From: Balanoglossus misakiensis
Lineage: Eukaryota; Animalia; Hemichordata
Assembly: GCA_040954595.2 (NCBI GenBank)
Contig: CM082591.2
Location: 7,678,047-7,742,046, forward strand
DNA: 64,000 bases
Direction: 5' to 3'
Position numbers and translations under genes: made by a program. Within the stretch, counting starts at the first letter, position 1. The number at the start of each line of letters is the position of its first letter. Shown one piece after another: positions 13,801-25,800 of this stretch. Below the pieces are notes generated by a model, which saw only the letters and a list, made by a program, of their open reading frames with translations, did no database searches and was not told the DNA's origin.

Positions 13801-16800
13801 ATATCCAGAGAATACTTTGTTTGAAATAGGTGTTTCCATTCATGGAGTCTTTTGTAGCACTATCTGTTTTCTTATTTATCCGGAATTATCTGTTTTCTGA
13901 CAGGATTGGCCCCTGATCACATCGGAGGAGGCTGGGGAAGGGAAACCTCACTGAGTAAGTAAAATGTTCCGGCAAACAAACACATCCGTATTTAACCCTA
14001 ATGCTACTGGGTGTCATACCTGTTTAGAGTGTCAAGTCCCTTAAAATACCTATTTGCCACTTTTTCTTCTTAAATGTATTTTGACTGTCTTGACATGGCT
14101 CTCATATGTACTTAGACACACTTGGCAGTCTGAGCCCCCTGAAAAATGTACCAAATCGCACTGGTTTGCACTGTATTGGTCTGAGGGTCTTGTATAGGCC
14201 CTACTGATTAACACACACTTGGCAGTCTAACAGGCCTGGGAGCCAGGATTCTAGGCACCCTGGAAATAACACCGGTTTCAACTGACTTGGCAGTGTTAGG
14301 GTCAAAGCTCCACAAGCTGTAACTTTTGGCTTTCTATGCAGTATGTTGAAAACAAGTGTATCACATGTTTTCCATGGTTTTCAAACTTGCACATAACCAG
14401 GTATGGTACCGTATTGACAATAGTTTGATATTCAATTTCAATGTGTTATACTTACAGTGTACTGCAACTCTGGATGTGCTAATGGATGGGTAGCAGATAG
14501 ATACTGTGATCAGGTGGGTAAATATTCTGCTCTTAAATAGGCCAACAGTTGAATAAAATGTTACACACAGACTACAACCATCCATGGCCTCCTAAAACAC
14601 AGAGGTGTTCTCTTGTTTGTTTTGTTTGTTTGTTTGTTTACAAATTCATATAGAGAGATAATAGTACGGCTAAAATAAAAATTTAATTTTCTTTTTTTGA
14701 ACAAAATTACAGTATAAATATAAGTCAAAGTAAGTAAAATAGTTACACATCTGGGACAAAACCTTTGCTGTAGAATGTACTCAGGCGTACATATTAAAAT
14801 TAAGCCCAGTGTTTTATGAATAACTTATTTTATGCTAAGACTATTGACAACATTCCATCAGCTAACACATGAAACCCTGTTTTGTATAATGATGTATGCA
14901 TATAGTATATTTATAGTAAAATTTGATTTGATCATTTTTGTCATTATTTGGCATGTGTTTTTTTAGGGGGGGCATAGAAAAAAAATCACAAGAAAAATGG
15001 AAAATCCTCTCTCCCACCCCCAGAAGTATTTTATGAACACTCCCTAATTATTTGTTTTCAGGCTTGCAATGTAGTGGAGTGTGGTTATGATGCTGGTGAT
15101 TGTGGATCTCAAAATCTCAATAAGTTGTTCTCTATTGCTCTGAAACAAGATTCCAAAAATGTTATTCTACCTTCAGGTAAGACTTTTCTGTAAGACTTTT
15201 CTGTTTATAAGCATACCCTTGGCATTGTTCCTTCAGTTCAGGGAGACCCTGACAGCAAAACATGTTATATCAATGGAATTAATTTGGAAGTGATGAAAAA
15301 TAAGGTACTATGCAATACAAAGTAACAACCATATTGATTGCCATGTTATACATTGTAACAGTTATGCTTTGTTAGTAACTGTGTCATATGGGACCCCAAA
15401 CCCGCAACCGCAGACAGGATGACACCCTCCCTTTAACCATTTCACCCCCAGTTCCCTCTTTTGGCGTCCAACCTTACCATTGAAAGCAACGGGTTTGGAC
15501 TGAACCATGGTGGTGAAAGGGTTGATAGTTAGTTGACTACTTGTATATCATTCAGAGTTTGTTTCGCATAGTGTACAGTATACGGTTTCACGTAGCCTTG
15601 CACCAAGACTGTATGATACTGAAATGTGTCCGCGTATAGAACCTCCGATCACACAGAACATATCAAATCCGGTATTTTCAATTTTTCCATAATTTTCTGT
15701 AGTTTTAAACTCTGTAAATATAATTAGATGTACAAGTCGATATTCACTTACAGTGCACACTTCCACCTTTGTTTACCCTTTTACCCCTAGTTCCGTCTTT
15801 AGAGGTCCAACCTTACCATAGAAAAATAATGGGTTTGGACTGAACCATTGTGATGAAGGGTTAATGGATGTATAAAACCTGTCTAAGCCGAACACCAAAG
15901 AGACTGAAGAAATAGTTTGGTTTGCAGAGGTGTCTGGTTTATAGAGGTTCTTTCAACATGTGGTTCTATGTCCAAAGGACAGGAAAATGTGTTCGGTATA
16001 GACAGGTTTTCGAATTAGGCAGGGATTGGTTTTGACAGGTTTTACTGTATTTGTTTAAGATATAACAGAATATTATTACATCGTTTCTAGGTTTACAGGT
16101 TGTCTACTTCAATCTGACTGCGGTTTATGGTGGCGGTTCCATCACTGGTGGCAAATATGATCCAAGTCCTGTCGTTCGCACTGCGACTATCAGTAACAAA
16201 TTCAAGACTGTACATTTACTTGCATATGGAGGATACAATGCCACCAATGTTACCATCTATCTGGAGGGTAAAAATGCTCAGGAAGACTTGGTTGAGGTGA
16301 GTGAGTACGCATACAGATGCATGTAGTCTAGACTTGGGGAGGGGGGGGGTTCACTTTGCTCACTCCACACACAGTCTAGCATTTTGGTCTTTATTTTTGA
16401 ATTTTTGCTATTTGCATGTCATAGGACTCTAACCATGGCAACGCAGGTCACTGATATTGGGCAACACCCCTGCTCATTAATTCAGCCAATCAGTCGTAGA
16501 TCAGGTTGTAATTGACTTCTAAGAGGTCATGGTAGTTGGCAGTGACCTGAGTTGCCATGGTTAATGTCCTTTGACATACAAATAGCAAAATTGTGGGCTC
16601 TCATCTGGCTGCCAAAAAACTGTCAGGGGAAATCCCGCAGGAAAATCTCAGAGCAAAGATGGCTGACTTTAGACAAAAGCGATGCATGATGGTTACAGCC
16701 TCAAACATAAAAAACGACATGTTGAAACTGTCCACAAAATGAAGAGAGGGAGAAGTTTCGTAAATAGTTTTCTACTATTATAATACCAGAATATATTGTC

Positions 16801-19800
16801 ATATCATAATATGAAATGTCATGTGGACCATTCCATAGAGTTGCCCTCGCTTATACTAGTCATTGTTCCTTTCAGATGACCTTTAACGTGACCATACAGA
16901 CCAATCCAGCCAAAGGAGCTGTGGTTTCTACTGATTTATTGATAATGCAAGAGGAGAAAAAACAAAATGAAACAAACGCTGAAATAAAAGAAGCAACAGA
17001 TCAAGAGAAAGATGAAGACAAAGAAGAATTAATTATTTTTAATGATGTACCAGAAGAAGAGAGGTAGATATGCATTATAATCAAGTTACCAATAAATTAT
17101 CCATTTTCCATAAAGAGGACGCCCTTCAAAGGCAATGCAAAAATGAGGCCAGTAGGTCACAGATTAAAAACTTTATCGTCTTGTGTATCGTCGCGATAGT
17201 TAGCTCTTGCGTAGTTCGTGAAACTTAATCGTTCGCGAATATTCCCGTTTTTACAGTATCGCTCTAATACTTGGTGTTTCATAATGCGGGATTAGTTGAG
17301 GTAAGCATGGTTAAAAGTCATGCAATAGGGAAAAATGACATTTACTTTGTTTTTAACCCTTTCACCCCCAGTTTCCTCTTTAGAGGTCCAACCTTACCAT
17401 AGAAAAGCATAGGTTAGGACTGAACCATGGTGGTGAAAGGGTTAAACAATAAATACAAAATTGTGGTTACTGCCCACATAACTGTAGGTATATCATAAAG
17501 CTGTTTTTTGTTTCTGATATTCTGATCTTGATGGACTGTGATGCAATTTATATTTTTACAGGGGTCCTAGAGCAAAAACCTTATCAAAGATAACTGGTGC
17601 TAATTTAGATGCTGATGTAGATAATCTTCTGAAAGAAATGCCTTTAGAACTGTCATGGGTTTTACAAGAACTTCACAGAGAAGTTGATGTTGGTAAGTAT
17701 CGTCATGGAAATTTATAGTTCTCACAGCGAACACCGAAGGGGGCTGCGAAACAGCTCACTGAGACGCATGCGTCAATTTTACCACAACGATAAGATTTTT
17801 GTTGTCGATTTAATGCTTAGCGCCATATTGTTAGTCTCTCTCCAAGCAGAATTCTTATTGCGTTGATCAACCAATCGACAAGGCTATGGGAATGCAAAGT
17901 AGGCACTCAACACCGCATGAGTCTTAGCGAGCCAGAGACATACGCACTGTATCAGTCTGAACATCTACTGAGGTCATCAACGAGAACGATAAACGTCTCG
18001 ATCGAGAAGCAATGAGAAGTAATGTGCCATGCTCAAGGACACAACACCACAGCCATGCTGAGGCTCGAACACACACATTACAATCTCTGTCCAACCAGGT
18101 ACCCATTCTCCTGGGTGGGGAGAAGCAATGAGAAGTAATTACACAACACCACATCCATGCCAGGGCTTGAACCCATGATCCTATAATCATGAGTCTATTG
18201 CTCTAGCCACTGGACTATGATGCCTTTCAGATAATTTGTTATGGATCTTTTCATGTCCAGCTTCAGGCTCAGGCATGCCTGAATCAATTCCATTCAAATG
18301 TACATTACTTCTCATCACACAGGTGATCTGACTGAAAAGGGATTTGAAAAGAAGAAGATGAACATTCTACACACTTATATCAAAACAGGAGAGTTACCAT
18401 GGACACCGTTTATTCCTGAGAAAAATGAAATGAATAAAAAAGAAAACGGGGAAAACGAGGATAAAAAAAATCTTGTGAATAAATTAGGACAGTTAAGTCG
18501 TGAACATATGCAAGAGTTGCGTCAAGAAGATGGTGATGTGAAATTGAAAGATGAAAACCAGATGATATTGCAGAATGTTGACAAACAACAGGATATATTG
18601 CAGGATGTTGACAAACAACAGGATATATTGCAGGATGTTGACAAACAACAGGATATATTGCAGAACAAACAACATGATATATTGCAGAATGTTGACAAAC
18701 AACAGGATATATTGCAGGATGTTGACAAACAACAGGATATATTGCAGAACAAACAACAGGATATATTGCAGAACAAACAACAGGATATATTGCAGGATGT
18801 TGACAAACAACAAGATGTATTGCATCATGTAAACAAGCAAGATCTGAAAGTTAATCAAAGTGTGGATGTTCAAGAAGACGCAAAGAAAATTTTTAAACAA
18901 AAAATAGACTTGAGGATAGCAGAAGATGAACCACTTGAGAAAAAACTAAAGTTTGAAAATAACGGAGGATTGGAGCAACAAGAGAAATATGAACAAGAAA
19001 ATAACAAAGTTCATTCCAGGAAAGTGAACAGTTTATTTAGAAACGACGAGTTAAGGGTTAAACTAAGAAAGTTGGAACTGAACCCTGAAGTTGGTGAAAA
19101 TCCAGAGTTTGAGGAATTGAATCAACAAGATGTACACCGAAACAGTAACAGTCAAAAGGCATCAAGCCGAGATGAAATTATTGGTGGATTGCAAAAACTG
19201 AAATTGGCAGCAAATATCAGTAGAAACAAAATAGACAATTATGAAAGAGCTGATTGGCAGAAGAGAACACTTTTAAATGTTGATAGCGAAGACTTGAAGG
19301 AACTCATGATAGCAAACGATGACGTTATAAGAAAGAGGAGTTTTCTACCTTGGGAGAAGCAAGACACAATCAGAAATGTTAAGGTAAACATGTTTGTAAT
19401 TGCCAACAAACTTACACAGGGGTAGGTAAGAAACTGGCGTGGTGAACTGCAACGACGTATTTGCGAACCGAAAAGCGTTATAGACCTTGAAAACGTACGT
19501 AGTTGAGAATTACTTCCCGCCACGGAGAACTTGAAACGCTGTAGTTGACCCCTAAAAATACCTAGAAAATACAAATTCAACATGGCGCAAGTTGTTTGTA
19601 GAGCTGGTAGTTTTTTTTGTATCTTCTTCAAAAGTAGCGAGAGTTCAACAAAATCGTTTGACACAACTATATTCAAACCCATTAGTCCCAGAACGCGCTA
19701 ACTTTTATTCCGAAATTTTCCTTTCAAACACATAAATATCAATAAATATTTAAAATATGCGCCCTCAACTTGTATTTTCTAGGTATTTTATGGGGTCAAC

Positions 19801-22800
19801 TATAGCGTTTCGGTTCGCCACGCCGCTTTCTTACGTACCCCTGTTACATATCCTTGAAAAAGTAACGATTGGTATTTCGGGAGCGACTTTTTTTCAAATA
19901 CCGCAATTTCGGCACTTCTGGTTACAGTCAACATAGTGTGTATGTGCGATTTGGAATATATACTGGGTAGCCTTTATCTTTCATTCAAAGCGTTACCAGT
20001 TGCTAGATTTTACAATGAAATTATCAATTTATTAGGCCAAGTAAAAAATATGTGCTGTTCCGATTTCATGGTTTTCAAAAATAGGGTAGGTAGGTGGGAA
20101 TATTTTTTATTTTGCAATTTCTTTTGACCACCGTAGTGTAGAAGAATGATGTCATAGTTCTTGCGTGATTCTCGCAATTTTCATAAATTTTGTATATATT
20201 TTTTTTACTTCCGGGTTTACGAAGCTCTCAAAAGTTTAGGGTCAGCGGGCTAAAATTAGGGTTGGTTGGGTAATCAAAACAGCATATAGTTTTTTTTTTG
20301 GCCTTACTAGCGTTTTTTATCAAACGCACTATTTTAGCAAAATTTAGTGTAAACATGAATATATGTACGGTAGAGGCCTCATTGACATGATTCGCAAATT
20401 ATTTCTCAACAGACGACAGAAAGCATGGATAGCAACTCTTCATATGCAGTCGACAGTCGAGTTGGTCGTCGCTTGCTGGACACTTTTGGAGACTCACTGA
20501 GACATGTCAACAAACTTTTTAATAAGAAATTTGGTTATTCAGCTCGTAAAGTACCAGCGCATATGCCGCATATGGTAGATGTGGAAGTTATGAAAGAGTT
20601 ACATGACAGGTAGGTACCATACTGTAAAACACTTTATTTTTGCGAGTTGAAATTTTGACGATATTGAGAGAGGCCACTGTTTCGCGAGTATTAATTTTTG
20701 CGTTCTCTTAATTCATTCACTGCATCATTATCTTTTTAAAAAAATTACGCAACTTTTTATTTTCACGCTATTTTGGTTCTTGCGTATTTCGCGAAAATTT
20801 ATTGCTCGCAAAAATAATGTGTTTTACAGTATATACTTTGGTGAGACCATCAACTTGTCGTTTATGTGTCGTGATCATGGTTGACTCTGAATTTCCGATA
20901 GTGTCAGGTTTGCAACACATTGTTGCCAACTTTACATAATTGACAAGGTTATCAAAACAGCATGTGTTATATTACTTGGTGTATCAATGACTTGCTGATG
21001 GAGAGGACGTCTGCTGTGACATTAGTATTTAAATAACAGTGCAAAATTCTTGAGGGACATCATTCATGTTTGTAAAAACAGTGTTGGTTTTAGCGAGGCT
21101 CCTCTGTAGTGTACATACAGACGCACCCAATCCAAAAAGGTCTCACTGATATACAGATATAAGAATTGTCATATAAGTGCATTATGGTGACTGCATGTCA
21201 TCGTGTATGGAGTTGGTGGCTGTCACGGTTTCAGAGAATGATTTTTAAGGCCTGATGTGTTTTAACATAGATTCTGAACAAGCCGCCATAAATCGTAAGC
21301 ATTTTTGCTGCCTCGGAGGAGGGGGGGGGGACCGTTCAGGTTTCTTATATCCAAATGTTCGTAATAACAGTTTTCGTTAGAGCAAAGCTTCACTGTAGTT
21401 GATTGATACACTTCTTTTTGTGTTCCAGTTTTCCTGAAGAATTTGACAAGACGTCACAACATCAAGTGAGACATTCGGAAGATATGCAATTTGCTTTCTC
21501 CTACATGTACTTCATGATGAGCCAGACAATGGACCAGAACATATCGGATATATTTGATGAGTACGACACCGACCATTCTGGGTAAATGTCTTTCATTCCT
21601 TTCTGTACTTCATTGCCAAAGAAGGTTTGGATATTCTTTACTATCAATCACGTGATCTGGCAAGCGATATTTTGGAGTCCAGTAAAAGTTTTTCCGAGTA
21701 TGTTTTTACTTTAGAACCGCCTGCACAGTCTTTGTCTGCACCATGTAAGTCAACGTTGCTGAAGTTGCCCGTCATCAGGAAATTTTAATGCGAACGTAAC
21801 TGCCGCCTGAGCTCGTCTGACGTCATTTGATATCGAAGAATTCAACAAATATTTACATGTACTGTAAAATGAGAAATTTTGCGAACAAGATGTGTTTGCG
21901 ATATCAACAGAGGGGACTGTTTCACGACGATTAATTAAGCAATAAAACACCCCCAGCCATGGTATATCACGAGATTTTGACCAGTTCACGACATATACGC
22001 ACGAGCGATAGCGAGTGCGTATATGGAGTTGAACTGGTCAAAATCGAGTGGTATACCATGGCTGGGGGTGTTTTATTGCTATTATATTATGCCAGTATAT
22101 TGAAACTTTGCATAAAACATTTTAAAAAGGCATTTTCTTTAACTATGATATATGACTGTGGTATATGGCTAATATATCACGGTCACGTGTCGTGTCTCGA
22201 CCAATCAAATAGCGTGATTTACACCATCAATATACTGGTATAATATAATTTTCAATAACTGCATTGTCAAAATTTGCAACAATTTATTTTCGCATTTTTT
22301 CTGGCTCTCATGAAGTTCACAAAATATTTATTGTTTGTGAAAATTTCCCACTTTGCGGTATGTTTTCCACTGTTTTAGACCAAAACATTTTTGTCAGCTG
22401 GGGCATGGGCCGATGTAGACTCTAAGGCAGTCGCTGTGCCTGTCGACAAGGAATGGAACTTTCATTCTGTGTACGACGCGCCACCAGGCAAAGCGACTGT
22501 ACGTTTCTGTTCACATATATTTGATATGAATATTCATAGTAAAGAATTATTGTACTGCACAGGAACACGTATACACTAATGAATTCTTTGTTGCATTCAC
22601 CAGGGCTTTGTCAGATCGTGAGATTCGCACAATGGCAGCCAAGATATATGAACTGCCCATAGATCTTTCAACACTCACTGGTTTAGAGACAATCATGAAA
22701 GACTGTGCTCAACTTCTCCCCAAAGAGATGGTCGTAGAATCACCAACATCAGAACAATATTATGACAAAGAAATGGTAAGAAAGCTACAAACAACTGTAT

Positions 22801-25800
22801 TCAAGCCCCATGAGCTGCAACTTTGGGGGATAATTAGGCCAAATAAAAAATATGTGCTGTTCGATTACCCGACCTACCCAACTTTTAGCCCACCAACCCT
22901 AAACTTTTTAGAGCTTCGTAAACCGGAAGTAAAAATAACAATGTCAAATATACAAAATTTATGAAAATTGCGTAGATCACGCAAGAACTATGACGTCATT
23001 CTTCTACACTACTGTAGCAAAGATATAAAAAGTAATTGCAAAATAAAAAAATTTCCCTACCTATCTACCCTATTTTTGAAAACCATGTAATCAGAACAGC
23101 ATGTATATATTTTTTATTTGGCCTTATCATAATTTTTTTTCTCAAACAGTACTACCATTAGCCCGTAAAGATTTATGCACTAAAGTCTATGCAAGTACTA
23201 TTAACCCTTTAAACCCCGGTGCGGAAAGTACCGGGGTTCGGATTAACGCGTGTTTGTATAGTTGTTTATTTGGGAGTGGTCGTCGTGCATAATGACTGTG
23301 TAATTGCTCTCATGTACACAGAAAATAATTGAACACTTCACACTTCCACGCGATTGACAGCTGTTTGAATGGCGTGGTTATTGTTTCCCAGGGACGCTTC
23401 TGAAAAGCACTGAAACCAGATTTCTCCCAAAATCATCATTGTTTCAAAAGCTCGACGTGTACTTTTTCGTCGATAACTTTATGTTGTGTGTGTTTATAAA
23501 GCCAACTACTGTCGTTGTGTGGTGTAATTCTTTATGCTTGGACCTGTATGGGCCGATTTTCATAGAGCCAAGATCGTTGGTGTTGTCTGTTGTCAGTCAA
23601 ACGGCATTAAGATTCGCCACTGATTTGGGGGGTCTTTTATACCCCGCACCGGGGTTTAAGTATGAGTGCATATGCAAGTTTTATAAACCCCATTGTATAG
23701 GTACATTTGCAAGTTTTATCCAGACAAATATATAAAGTGGTGTTGCAAATGAATATGGCTGCCACTGTGGGAAAACAGAAAATACAATGAAAACATTGCA
23801 TTCCCCACTTTGAAACTTCATAAACAAAACATGATCTCATGCATTAAATCACATGGAAGTAAATGTACTCCACTGAGACATTACATTTTTTATTTTTCAT
23901 TGCAATAATTCACAGTTTTTTAAAATTGTTGGAAATTTCAACTGTACTGATATTTCTTTAATTTTGTGGCCACCTTGTCAAAAATAAGTGCTATCATGAT
24001 ATAGTATCAGGTAATGTCATTTAAATGATAGAATTAAAAGCTTTCCAAGAATATTGCAGATTTACAATACACATCTGGTTGGTATAAATTTATGTATTTT
24101 AACAGTAGGTGACATACAATCTAACTTCATATGAACTGTTTATTTACAGCCTCTAGTGACAAAGTACTTGGTATTGCATTGTAATCCGCTCATAGAACTG
24201 CTAAATAAAACACATCAAGGGAGACCAAAATATAAGTAAGTTTATCGTTAAAGGGGAAACTTCTTTTTCTTTCAAAATATTTTGGTTATTTTTGCTTACA
24301 TGAAAATTTAATCTTACAAGTCTAAGTGCTGAAATTAAAGGTATACGGTCACCTCCAATTTACATATCGCCATATATAGCTGAAATAGCGTATTTGAGAC
24401 TTCTAAACAACATATGGTGGCGCTATTTTTTTGTGTGTGCCACCCACTGAAAATCTGTGATTGGCTAGATCTTAGTTTACCATGGTAACTGTAGCTATAT
24501 TTGCATAGGTGACCGTATACCTTTCATGTTAATAATAGACACTCGCTCATTTCCCCCCCCCCCCACCCCCTCCCGCCTGCATTTGCAATCTTATCCCCTA
24601 ATGTGAACCATTTCCACAGTCACTAAGAGTACTTTAAGTACAACTAGAGTAGAGGGTCTTTTCTAGCATAGACTGAACTTCCCCTTTAATAGCAAACCCT
24701 CTCTAAGTTATTCCCCTTCTTGCTACTTGTCTTCTTGCTACTCAGAAAACCATGAGACTATACTTGTAGTATTTTTGTTCTGTGTACCATATGTAATTCT
24801 TGTTCTACTCCAAACAGCATGCTAATATACCTACTCCATTTGTCAACATAGCCTGTATGTGTGTGTGTAACCCCCATTGTTATTGTTTACAAATGAATTC
24901 TAGTCCGGACTTAAATTCACATTTTGCACAATAGCAATGCTGACTATACGCACATAGGTTGTGTTGGGCATTTCACCATGTTTCAGGGATTTGAACAAGA
25001 AACTGCAGTAGATACACAAAACAGACATATTGAAATTATAGCCAAAAAGTTACAGCTTATGGAGCTTTAAAAGAAAAATTATATCTCTTCATGTATCTAT
25101 TGTGAATAATTTGTCTCTAAAATTTATTCTTCCTTTGTCAGACATGAGATCCTTGGAGATGAAGAAGTCGCTTTTAAAATGATCAGAACTAATGTTTCTC
25201 ACGTCGTTGGTCAGTTAGATGATATCAGAAGAAATCCAAAGTAAGTGGATATTTTCATCTTTTTTGGCAAACCTTTAAAGGGCCACGATCTACTTATGCG
25301 CATGTGTTAAACCAGAGACTCTGGTTACGAGAGATAGAAATTATTGAGGCCATGCTATTTTATGAGTAATGCTTAAATTTAGCAACTAATGTAAAATAAT
25401 GCAGTATTCTTTATCAATCTTTTTATTTCTGTAAACATAAACATTTCATGGAGTTCGTCTGAAAAATAATCATAGTGAATGTTCATGCACTAAATTATCT
25501 TGTTTTGGCTGTGTTACGTGCAAAATTTCATGAAAAGGACAATTATAGTAGAAGTGCATGTGGATTTTCTAACAATTCTTTATGCGACCATATTGAAAGA
25601 GACAAATTCCACGTATTCAGGGAGAGTTTTATCTTTGCTTCTCTGAGACTGACTGACAATTTGGCAAAAATATAAACATTTAGCTCTCGTTTGGTATATG
25701 CATATAATGGTAGTGTTCTGCGTGTGTGTTTATGTGACAGTGTGTGTATGTGTGTGTGTGCATGTGCATCAGCGTGTGTGTATTGCCTATGTACATTATA

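Noticed and set aside
13377-13830. Local duplication in GNPTAB intron 12
   Set aside because: Real (about 170 bp duplicated, with a MITE fragment in the first copy) but it contains no exon and looks like ordinary intron turnover.
18493-18900. Alternative-frame and antisense ORFs over GNPTAB exon 19
   Set aside because: By-products of the coding minisatellite.
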